DNA of 61,583 bases, the filler included, from Sphacelaria rigidula (Eukaryota), in assembly GCA_964200075.2 (NCBI GenBank). It is 8 parts of 8 records of this genome, joined end to end, with 100 filler letters (N's around TTAATTAATTAA, not from the genome) between each part and the next. Parts side by side here need not be neighbours in the genome. Positions count along the whole stretch, not along the records: positions 38,554 to 46,163 come from CAXNAA020014100.1; positions 46,264 to 53,873 come from CAXNAA020014101.1; 6 more parts are not named here. One strand, 5' to 3'. Below the pieces are notes generated by a model that did not search any database, was not told the origin of the DNA, and worked only from the letters and a program-made list of their open reading frames with translations. Position numbers and translations under genes: made by a program. Of the stretch, positions 39,522 through 50,900 are shown piece after piece. How positions within the stretch are numbered: position 1 is the stretch's first letter; each line of letters opens with the position of its first letter.

Positions 39522-40673
39522 TCAGGGCGTGTCGTGGACCAACTATCATGGCAGTCACCAACTTCGATTTTGTACACAGATCGGGGGACCTAAAATCGGG
39601 AAACGCATTTTATGGACCGCAATCTAGGCCAAAATCGGGGCAGGAAAAATCGGGATGTCACGATTTGAGAACGATTGTTCCCGACTCCGAGGAAGGTGAC
39701 GTACGTACATGGACGTACGATGGTGGCGTAAGGGGGGGCGTACTTACACCACCATCGTACGTCCATGTATGGTGGGGTAAGGGGTGTTTGATACTATTAC
39801 AACTGCAGCAGGAGACAATCTCGTGACAGCGCATAGAGCGTGCCTGCCCGCGCCAGCTGCTGAAGCAGCTTCGCACGCGGTTTTGACAAGCGGATAGTAA
39901 GTGTTGACGCCGTACCCTGTGGCGATGGTAACATTTTTTGCTGCACTGCGCTGCCGTATGTATCACCATAACGAACGGTACTGTACTACCCTACTCTGTT
40001 GTTGCTGTACTTGCAGGGTGATGTACGGCACTGCACTAGTGAATTCTTCTCACACGCGGTTGACGGTTCTCGCAATACCGACTGTGCCACCATGTATCAC
40101 CACACGGCACTATCGTGTGTTGCGGTGATGAAGTGTCCTGCACTGTATTACCCTAGGGTACCACGGTACCACACTGTACTCGAAGGATTATTCACCGCCA
40201 GCCTGCTCTTCGGCTTCACTAGTACGCGATACCACATTCACGCCGAAATTGACCGTCTGTTCACAGACTTACGTCACGAATCTTTGAGACTATCAAACAA
40301 TCCCCACGGATCTGACTTTCGCAAATATATTAGTTCCCCCGATCTTCCACAGTTTGGGGTTTCCACAGAATCGAAATTTGTTCCCGTAAAAGTTGCACGG
40401 CTCGGACAAATCTTCGCCGGTTCGAATCACCAAATCCGCGGTATTTCAGGCCTGGTTGCTTGAAAGAGAGGAAAAAGTCGATCGCAGGTCAAAAAGGGCT
40501 TCACGCAGTTTTTGCGCCATTACACGTGCCTAGGCTGTGCGTACCTGGGTTGCAAGGATGAAAACAAAGCCTAAGGATTGATTCGTACCTGTACGGTACG
40601 AATCAATGACGCTGAAATCAAGTGATTTCCAGACGAATCATTGATTCGTCCGACTGTTGGAAAGTTGATGTTA

Positions 40674-41600
40674 GGGCGTGTCTTCGACACATTTTTCTTC
40701 GATCTGATCACGTCCACCGCATTTCTGTTCCTAGTTGGCTCCACCTATTTATAAAACTAGTGGCGCGCGGAGAAGAAGTACAAAACAATGAAGCTAAGCT
40801 TTTTCGATCGAAAACATGCGGTCGGGAAATAGAAAGAGACACTTGACTCTTATCTTACAGACCACCACGCCAGATACCACCCGTTCACAGAACCATGCAA
40901 AATGCATAAAACCCATTTTTAGCTACCACCGCAGCCCTGCAGAATAGAGCACGAGTTGAGCACGGGGACAGATACACTTCAGTGGATGGGTATGCTTTCT
41001 TTAGTTTTTTGTTGGCGAAGACTTGAGCATCTCCTTTCATGGTATGAATTAACGGCGGGACTGCGTGGCAGGGTGGGCTACCGACGCTCGCGAACAGTGC
41101 ATGCAGTACGAAGCTGCACGTTGTTCAAGTTTCTTTCACGCCACATTGGAAGCAGAGGGTACAGATGGTCCTGCGCTGTCTGTACGTCACGTTGCCCGCT
41201 TCTCTTTCACATCCTACTGTACGAAAGACGCACACACGCACTCAAGAGACACTGCATGCAAACAGTGCAGGCAGTACAGACTGTCGGTACTGTACACGAG
41301 CGACTGTATCGTTTCACGAAATTCACGATCTTTTTTCGACCGAAAGCTCAAAAGTGTGCTTGGACTCAACTCGAGCAGAATAAGCGAATTTCGCTCACGT
41401 CAGTTCCTCCGCCCCTTTTTCCCCATCGAAAACAAATGTGCTAAGACGCACCCTTACCACAGCATTTTCCGATCGAAAATGTCCCGTGGAGAAGGAAAAT
41501 TCCGGTATGGTAGGTCGTGATTTCAGCTATCGTAATTTATGTTGACGATGGTTGAAATCGCGGCCTATCGGATCGGAAAATGATGTGCTAAGACACTCCC
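40674..41600. mobile_element. Nested or abutting PIF/Harbinger-like MITEs
   Basis: Left end TTA|GGGCGTGTCTTCGACACATTT. Two matching right ends: AATGTGCTAAGACGCACCC|TTA (41453) and ATGTGCTAAGACACTCCC|TCA (41600). Recurrent TTTTCGATCGAAAA palindromes inside. Confidence 0.65.
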
Positions 41601-42119
41601 TCAGGCCGTGTCTTATCGAGACGGGAAAAAGAAGCGTAAAACGAAACAAACGTCCGAAGCAACGTGTTGATCAGTCGCCGCAACCATAGACCCACCCAGC
41701 GATAAATCAGTGTCCTCCTTTTGGACACTTTCTACCTTTCCTGCTTCTTCTCTTCGTCTCGGTAAGACAGGGCGTCAGGGGCAGTCCGACACTATTCCAG
41801 AACACGTTTTCAATATTTTCGAGTACAGTGCAAAGGGAGTTAATGAAGAGCCCAACTTCGACAGGTGGCGCATAATGTTATGTAAGTAACACTGGTGAAG
41901 TCGGATTTGGGCGAGAGGTGTATGGTTGTGCAGGGGGCGAGGAAATAGTCGTCCATGGGGGGTGCTTTCTACCGTTAATATAAGGGTGGTATCCACCGCT
42001 GTGGCCCAACACTGTGGGAATGGCAATACGTACGGATGGCACGAAATATTTTGTCGGGATACTTGGAATATCAATAATTGCAAAGGAAAATATGTATATT
42101 TGTATTAACTCAGGTATCT

Positions 42120-42630
42120 CCCGTACCAAACAGCTCTGCGGGTTGTCTAGGGCTCTCGTATTGGCACCCGAAAGTTCTGCGAGCTATGTAAGCCTTCCAT
42201 ACCGGTATCCGATAGTTCTGTGATATCTGCATGCTTTTTTTATATGCTCGGACACGGGTATACCCTTGTAGATATACCCGGTTGTGGGTAAGAGTTTCTG
42301 TACAACCTCCATCGCGTACCCGACAGGTTTTGAAAGTTCTGTAGGACTTCCGCACCGGTGCCCGACAGTTCTGTAGCTTCTGTTACAAATCTCATGCCCT
42401 ACCGAAAATCCCCGTACCCTACAAATCGGCGTGTCTTTTTGTTTTCCCTCTTCAACCGTCCTCAGGGATATCCTATAGAAGAAGGAAAAAAAAACCCCGA
42501 ACGTTCCACAACAACCATCATGCATCGAAGCATGCTTTCGGAATGCTTCCAGTTTATTTCGCTCTGTATGGCATTTACCCGGGCATCATCTGTACCCGAC
42601 AGGTTCGGTGAGCTCTGTAAGCTTCCACGG
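42120..42630 (+). repeat. Degenerate 41-42-bp repeat (GTACCCGACAGTTCTG...GTAAGCTTCC)
   Basis: Motif starts at 42123, 42164, 42205, then 42316 and 42358, with one more at about 42592. Confidence 0.7.
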
Positions 42631-43479
42631 TTCAGACGAATCATAGTTCATACGGATTGACTACCCACGAACATTGAATGCGAATCATGTACCAAAGAGT
42701 CCTCGGGTATGGATAACGGTATGAATCACGGATGATGAACTTGTACGTTGAAGGTCGTACAGCAGGAATCACGAGCTGGGAACGTATGCACTACAAGTAG
42801 TGTCACACAAATCAAGAGTGGAAAATATGTACGAATCACGATTCCTGAATGATTGGCTGGTGGGAAACATGTACAGTGGTTTACATATTAAATGGGAGAT
42901 TTTCGTAGTTTTTTCGTCCTCGGGAATATTCGAAAGTGTTTTCTCGTGCCACTGCTTATCTCAGTAAACGTTTGATCCCAAAGTTTGAGGATCGAGAGAT
43001 TCTAGGCATCCCCTTCACATTCCGAAATAAGATCACATCTGCGCTCATTTTTGAATGACTTAGGAACTGACCGGTTTTCGGGGGTCCTGGCACTACCCAG
43101 CCCCAGGTTCTAACCCTTGAGTATGTGTGCTCGATTGAAGCAATCCCAACCGTTTTCGTGGACAAACGAAAAATATTGCTTCTTCAATTTCTAACCACTT
43201 ATTGCGCTAGAGACGAAAAACTGTGTTTTTTGGACCAGTGACGGTCGACAACATCCCCTTGATAAACGAGGGACTTACTCCGTCCACCCCGGCAACACTA
43301 GTTGAAGATTGTATTCTGAGCGCGGGACCTGCTTCTATTTCCAGTATCTACCGACGCCAGGACTTTTAAGCGCCGAAGACGGATACTACACGAGAAACTT
43401 AAAAACAAAACGCAATCGCCGACTACGAAAATATTACAAAAATCTCCTATTTCAGATGGAAACCACTACACACTTGATT

Positions 43480-45270
43480 GATCCCGCATGAGTCTCAGGT
43501 GGAGAACATATACACTTGATTTATCTCGTATGAATGGAAGGTGGGGAACATGTACAGTGGATTCATGCTGCAGGAATGAAAATTGCGAAACGTGTGCGCT
43601 TGATTCGCCTCGTGCGACTGGAAAGCGGAGAACACTTGCGTATGATTCATGCTGCATGAAAGGAATACCGTAAACTGAAACATGTGCGCTTGATGCATCT
43701 CGTATGAATGGAGGGCGGAGAAAATTTACTCATGATTCATGCCGGATGGATCGAAGGGGAACATGCACCTCATGCAGTATGAATGGAAGGTTTCGTACTT
43801 AAGCTGTCTGCTGTCCGCTGTACAGCTGATACTGTACTATGCGGTTCTATCCTGTACTGTAAACATGTTCGTGAGATTAAGAACGGATTTGTCTTTCGGA
43901 ACGGGAAGTTTTTCGTGATTACACCGAGACGGTCGAATAATCCGAAACGGCCGTCACCCCCCTGAAAGCCCCTGATCTGACAGGAAACTGTGCGCAAGGA
44001 AATTTGAAATCGATGATGTCTTTCATGGGATACGGCCGAAAATGTGCGTCTTGTTCCTGCTTTTGAACACATTTCCCCTCGTAACTCTGCACTGACCACG
44101 TCGATTTCGAATATTTTTGCCCCAAAATTCCCGTCAGATCACGGGTTTTCAGGGGGGTGACGGCCGTTTCGGACGATTGGATCGTCTTGATGTAAATCAG
44201 GATAAACCTTCCGTCCCTGAAACAAACCTGTCCCTTATCTCACAAACATGTCGTTTGTACTGTCCGTTGACTGCCGAAGTGTTTCCCCGACTCACGTGAA
44301 CACGTGGGTACGGCAGTACTGGTGCTGTCCGAAAATATCTTCGTACTGGTTTTACATATTTAGGCCAGCTGTTCCCGCAGAGCGAACCTTGAAGCCGCAG
44401 AAAAACCCTCGAGAGCAGAGCTCGGGAAAACAAAATAGCTACAAGAATCGCTCTAGGCAGTTGCGTGGTGTGCTATGCTGTACCGTACTATTGATATCTA
44501 CGGACTGCACCGTACGCTGCCGAAGTTGTCCGGAAAGTCCTGCGAAAATGCGGGGACAACTCGAGCTGTGCTGTCTTCGCAGGTGTTCACGGTATTGTGT
44601 ACAGTATATTCCCACCAACTGCACCTCAGAACATGACCTAAAACCACGAAAAAAGGCGGTCAATAGCGTAGGTACGGATAATTAAACGCTAGGAGAACCG
44701 CTCGAGAATGTGGTCGCATGTGTCGTGCGTTTTCGATGTGTCGTGTTGAGTACAACGTAGTTTTTTTTGTGAAATTTGCTCTTAGGGCGTTCGCCACCTG
44801 CACGCTCTTATTTGCCTACCCTACCCGCAGAAAGGTCGCGTCATCGACAAGTTGCGCCCCATGAAATGGCAGGTGGTAATATCCTCAGATTTCTGACTTG
44901 AACGGAAGGTGGGGGACATGTATGTAAGATTCATGCTGCATAAATGAAAAGCGGCAAACAAGTACACTCGACCCATCTCGTACGAACGGAAACTGGGGAA
45001 TATATTCGTGCGATTCATGCCGCATGAATGTAAATTGGGAAACGCGTGCGCTTGATTCACCTCGTGTGGATGAAAGGTGGGGAACATGTACCCATGATTC
45101 ATGTTGCATGGGTGGAAGGGGGAGAGCATGTACCTGCGATTCATGGCATATGGAGGGAAAGTGTGGAACGTGTGTCTATGATTCATTGTGCATGGATGGA
45201 AATTGGGAAACATGTACCTATGATTCATACCATACGAGTGCGAGACAGGAAACGTGTACCTTCGACGGTG
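43480..45270 (+). repeat. 42-bp minisatellite in two arrays (about 43480-43790 and 44903-45270)
   Basis: Unit approximately GGAAGGTGGGGAACATGTACCTATGATTCATGCTGCATGAAT. It produces the 14-aa periodicity seen in ORF 44821-45327 (MNHRYMFPNFHPCT...). Confidence 0.9.
43855..44260. repeat. Imperfect inverted repeat (arms about 43855-44013 and 44101-44260) within an insert that splits the 42-bp array
   Basis: TCCGAAACGGCCGTCACCCCCCTGAAA at 43941 vs TTTCAGGGGGGTGACGGCCGTTTCGGA at 44147. Similarity extends outwards to AACATGTTCGTGAGAT / ATCTCACAAACATGT. Confidence 0.75.
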
Positions 45271-46263
45271 TGCCGCACATATCACGAACCCAAAACATGT
45301 ACGAATCACAGTCTGTGTACGAATCATGTGATTTAATCGTACAAATACTCAAAATATGAGTCTGTGCACTTGTGAGGTGTTTGGAGTGGCCGTGGCGCGT
45401 TTCCTCGCAGTGCACCGTTTTATAGCGGAGGAAGACAATTATCACGAGGGATCTTGATTGGTTGGGCAGACGACGTACCCGAGTGGGGCGCTGCATCGCC
45501 GTGCTTTTCATTATTCATTCAGATGACACCCGCCGGTGTACAGCTCTATCTAAACCTTCTGTTTCTGGATCTCAGCCCTAAACCCCAACTATGGAGCTTA
45601 CAATATAGAGCCGCGGAGCCGTTGTGGCTCGACTGAACACTGGCTACAGTACTGGTTCCCGGACCGTTCCTGTCGGTGCTTTGTACTGAACCGCACTGGC
45701 TCCTACCAGGTTGGTTGACCATATGCCCGAGAATCTACGTATGAGATCTATGTCCAATACATAGTTTGCGCAGAGTCGAATCACGATTCTATTCGTCCGA
45801 ACCATGTAAGCTTCCCATATCCATTCCAGACGGTCGCATGGTGCCACGATAGGGGTGCGCATAAGATTTCTCACTCTGATATCGTTCGGAACTCTGTATC
45901 TTATCCGAAAATGATCAATAGAGCATGTGAAAACGTCGCACGATTAGTACCCCAGCGGGCTAGGGATATCCCGACATTGATTTTGACACGCACACGCTCC
46001 GGCCGATATTGGTAGCGACTCCTAAGTGTAGGAGCCCCGATATGAGAAATGTGTTGGCCAAATAAGTGCTCCTCCACCGTAGCATGGCTCAGTTCTGTAA
46101 GCTTCAAGGGTCGGACAAATCATGATTCGCCGGGAAATTACTTGGTTTTAGTATGATGAGTCGNNNNNNNNNNNNNNNNNNNNNNNNNNNNNNNNNNNNN
46201 NNNNNNNTTAATTAATTAANNNNNNNNNNNNNNNNNNNNNNNNNNNNNNNNNNNNNNNNNNNN

Positions 46264-46711
46264 AAGGAAGAGATATACCAGTAGTCGAAAGGATGAGGAA
46301 GTAGATGGACAGAACTGCCTCTGTGGCAACGCAATAGAGAGCAGAAGTCGTATAGTGGCAGAATGTGAGCTATACAAGGAGAAACGAGACGTGCTAGAGG
46401 GGGAAATGCGGAAGGTGAACGAAGGTGGCATGGAATCGCTTGATATATTAGACAGCAGGCAGAAAACGATGGCTATACTAGAAGATAGATGGTGGCCAGA
46501 GACGGCGAAACAGGACTGGGATAAAATATGTAAAAGGTATTTGTGTAGTGTATGGAAGATACGTAATGAGCTGCGAAAGAAAAGTAATGAGCGCCAGAAT
46601 GTTGGGGGTGTCTTTGTTATAAGTAGGAATGCTGCTCCTTCTCGAAAGGGATGCGTGGTCAATTATCACACGACTAAGGCAAGCAACAAATGAGTACGCC
46701 CCTCCCCCCCC
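46264..46711 (+). mobile_element. LINE 3' end: C-terminal Cys/His knuckle remnant, 3' UTR and oligo(C) tail
   Basis: QNCLCGNAIESRSRIVAECELY resembles the CxC...ES..H...EC knuckle, followed by ...RYLCSVWKIRNE. It ends GGGATGCGTGGTCAAT...GGCAAGCAACAAATGAGTACGCCCCTCCCCCCCC. Confidence 0.75.
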
Positions 46712-46718
46712 GTTAGAC

Positions 46719-47015
46719 CCATGAGGCAGTATAGAAGCTGTGGCTGTCTCTGGACGTGGCGATACCACAGAATAAAGCAACCCATTGTTGGCTGTCATCC
46801 AAATGCAAGATAATCGCCTCGAGCCGAACAATCTTAGCAGGATGCAGCTCACTCTTCATGCGACTCGCCGAACACACCACGGCGCTTCGCGCTCGGGTGG
46901 TTTGAGTGCAAGCCTGATCCGGCGAAAACCCGGCGTGCTCCATTCCGGCATTATAGGGATACGAGGTCAATGGTCTGATGACTTTGGCATGCATAATCAT
47001 GAGTACACCCCCCCC
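46719..47015 (+). repeat. Interspersed repeat 'B', 5'-truncated copy 3, directly after the LINE tail
   Basis: Matches 21350-21620 and ends GGCATGCATAATCATGAGTACACCCCCCCC. A further tail-only copy lies at 17651-17695 (-). Confidence 0.85.
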
Positions 47016-47903
47016 TCCTCAGTCCCTCGAGAGGGGTGAGATATTTCCCTTGTAGCGTTTGAGTCATTTTCAATGGAGCTCATACTTCTTTGATCAACGG
47101 AGCATCACAACAGGACAAATGGAGCGGGTTGAGACCTCGATACAGTAGCTGATTTTCAACCAACGAGGGTTTCTAAATACTACTAATCGAGCTTCATGTG
47201 CGATGGATACGGGGACTGTAGAACACCTGACGGTTTGCATATGATATTTCTGGGTGGCTGACAACCACAAAACATACTCAGAAGGGGGTAAAATGACGAA
47301 GGCAGGTCTGCGAAGCAAATTTTAACTTTCCGAAACGACCAGTGTTGATGAGACCGCAAAATTATCCCCCTCGACCATCATCGCCGTGACTCCGTCTGAA
47401 GATTGCTGCATATATCTCAGAGCGATGGAGTGGCTGTTTTGAGTCGTTACGTTAGAGCTTACCCTCGGCTCAACGTGTCCATCATATCGCTTTTTCTTTT
47501 TCGTCTACACTAGATAAGTACGATACGTAACACAAACCTCCGAACAAGGTTCACACGTGGGAATAACTGTACATTCATGGGGCGAAATGTTTCCGATTCG
47601 AAGGCGGTGGACAACAACATCTCGAAAACGAGGGAACAAAATGGAGGTAGTGGATGATAGTAATCATAATCGAAGCAGGAGGAACGACGTGGAATTCCAT
47701 TAGCTATATCGACCGTCTGTGGGGGCGACAGTGCATTTGTCCATCTATTGCCCCGAGATTTTGGAACACCAAAGACAATCGTCTTTTACTTGATTCTGAC
47801 GAGAAGATATGACACCCACCGTTTTATTTTTCAAGTATACATTCGTCCGTGTTCCCGCTCAAACAGCCCACCGTCATGTCATGAACGGCTTTTCCGGTTT
47901 CAG

Positions 47904-50900
47904 ATCGGTTCACTCCGGCTTGCGGTGGGCATTTCATACTCAAAATCTTCCACCGATGAGTCGGCCGCTACGTCCGACACCATTGAGTACGAGCTAGTCA
48001 TCGCAAACACGGGTTTGCTCGACGTCTTCAACATATCTACGACCGCGTGGGCGGACGGGGCGGGTGTGAACGGCTCGCTGGTGTGCCAAGATATGGGTGG
48101 AAATCGAGTTGGGGTCTCCACTTCACCGACAGGAGTCGAAGGCATTGCGTCCTATCCCAATGCGGGACTTCCTGCCGGAGGATTCGTGACTTGCGCGTGC
48201 AGTGCCGCTGTGGGACAGACGGAGGTGGGTTGCAGCGAACGAGCATGGTTAAAGATGTGTCCATCGGCCTACTGTATTGACACCCCTCTCTCCGTAAAAA
48301 TATTCATATTTTGATTTCTAATGAGAAGATCATCAAATTGATTGTGTAAATTTCGCTTCCGCTACGAAAACATGGCGTACACAAGGGTACATGGAAGATT
48401 GCTACGGAATGCACCGGTCTGCGCACGGGACTACAGGGTGTTGTAGAACTAAGAGCTAGGGATAGGGATGGGGGTAAGGTAGGGTACAATGAGGGCTGGG
48501 GTTAGCGCCAGGCGCTGAAGGCAAATTTCGACGAACGCGGCTTCACCAGATAACATTCGGTACTTGAAAAATCGGTTTTTGCAATTTCCTCATTTTGTGG
48601 GTTCGGTTCACCACTTGTCAATGCTGGTGATCACGTTACACACACAAAAAAACTTGTGTCTTGACACCTTCCCATATACCTTCCGAATAGATTAATGCCG
48701 GAGTAAAGGCCGCAGAGGCAACTGCTATCGGCTGGTACGAAAATGGGCAAGGAGACTTGAGCGAACCAATCAGCGAATCTTGGACAGGATATGTAATATT
48801 AGCACAGGTGAGCGGAAAACGAAGTAGGTAATGCGCGAGGTAGGTCGAACCTGGTAGCTCCCAAATTTGAAGCAGCTACTTAGTAAAGTAGAGGATAACA
48901 AGGGCGATAAAAATCCTGGGTCAATACGCTGTGTCGCTAACTCTTTTTCTTGACTCGCAGAAACCTCTGTGACATGGCAGGAGTTGGAGTATGTCCCACG
49001 ATACGCTGGTCACATTTGGACTTGTTGCGTTTTCGTTTTTCGTAAATAACACCAAGAAGATATGTGAAGGACGCGTACCGCTAGACGACTTTTTAGATGC
49101 TGAACTTGTCACCCTACAGAATTTTGATTGCGGAGTGAAAGTGCACCGGTTAGTCGAGTCAAGCGCACCTCTCACCGTGTATTTCGACCTCTATGAACAG
49201 GCCGCCAAGGTGGCGGCTAACTTGACACTTGTCCATGTTTACCGCAATATTGTCCCATCCTTGCTACAGGACACGTCGATATCGGTGACAACGACGACGG
49301 TGTACAGCCTGTCAAGGGTAGATGGGATAGCAATGATGGGTGACACTATCGACTTCGTCATCACCGCTACCAACGATGGCAATGTGGATCTAAATACGGT
49401 CAGCTTGACCGACGAAACATTTAAGAACGATACAGGTACGGCATCCTGCACTCAACGTACGCCTGACAAAAAAGTCAAATATACTAACTAAGGAGCCAAC
49501 ACTACAAAGTGACTGCCGCGTAGTATTGTTCTAGGGAGTCATTTGGATTTATCGAAGTCCATGGATTGGTCGCCCCGGCGGTTCAGTTGGTAACCTCGAG
49601 ACCTTCGAACGGTTAGGTCGTGAGTTTAAAACTCGGAGCGATCCGAGAATTTTCTTACACCATCCCCAACAGTGGAGAGCGACAATGTCGTGGGTACACA
49701 AAATTCGACTTAACGGTCGACTAGGGAAATGGAGTGCTCAACCCCGCTCGCGATAAAAAATAAAGGCAAACATCCGGCTGGCGCGCGCACATATACCGAA
49801 AGGTTTAGAACGGCGTCCAGAATAGATGGGACGACAACACACACACAACACACATGGATAGCTGCAGTGTGTCCTTCAGCCATGCAGTGTGTGGAACCAC
49901 ACTTTGGCGGTGTTTTCGTACATACGTCCTGTGGATGTTTGGTGTAAACAGCTGTCCGAACAACCTGCACATACCCTGTTTTTTCAGATAAATGACCCCC
50001 CAAGGCCTTTTTTCCTCCTCATCTTAATTTTTGTTTCTCTCTGGACCATAGTCATGTTGTAACTTGTGTACCTCTCCTGAAGAGCGAGGGGTGAAAATTT
50101 CTGAATACATAGTGCGGTTCTCAACAAACGAAGTCACGAACTGCTGCCGCCGCTGTGGTTTCTGTACGGCACCCTCCTCACCTGGAGCTCAAGCAGGGGC
50201 TTGTCGGGAAAACCTTCGGGATCAGTACACCAGCTTTTAGATCTCAACCTGGCGCTTTCCTCGTTTTTTCGTCTCCATTTTCCCTTTTTTAGTGTATGCT
50301 TCCTTCGTTTTTTTCATGGTTCGTCTCTTCTAGAGCTTCCTTCAGTGTGCTGTCCCATCTATGTTCTTTGGAAAGATCCATCTTGTGACCGCGGCTTCGT
50401 TTGTAACGGATCAGTTGATGTGCGACAATGAACCAGATCTTTACACAATGAATCACGGTGTACACAGACAGCCCCAGGGGATAGTGTCCGCGCAGAAAGA
50501 TGCGTTGCCGCGCTATGGTACTGCGCACTTCCCCGGTCGTTCCCTCAGACTACTAACGAATGCCAGAAAAGACAAGATTCCGAGCACGAAAAGTGAACGA
50601 ACTCATTTCGCCGATGCTGTTCGCACAGATGAGCACCTGTGCGCACGCCAAGACATTTTCAACAAAGTCTATTTTACAGCAAGCTCCGCATCGTATGCAT
50701 ATCTTTCAAACTACACTCTTCGGATGTATCCTGCCTTACCAACAGACTAATTCCCGTCTGAGCTCATGGTTCAAGCCAAAACGCATATTCGTCGACCTTA
50801 CCCTGAAAACAAACTCCGGCACAAATGTTCTCGATCGTAAAGAGCTCTACGCGGTTTCATCATTATTCCTGTTCAAGATTTTCCTCGGGTCAAGAAGTGT

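Noticed and set aside
43480-45270. 42-bp repeats as a CRISPR array or a confident repeat-protein gene
   Set aside because: The whole unit is homologous between copies. The open frame is explained by a unit length divisible by 3, and no splice or start context was found.
46965-47010. CTGATGA in the repeat B tail as a hammerhead ribozyme core
   Set aside because: No GAAA follows a stem II, and other copies read CTTATGA or CATGAATGA.
49567-49640. tRNA gene
   Set aside because: Boxes are degenerate, no full cloverleaf forms, and it continues into a repeated body with a tail and TSD, so it is a SINE head.
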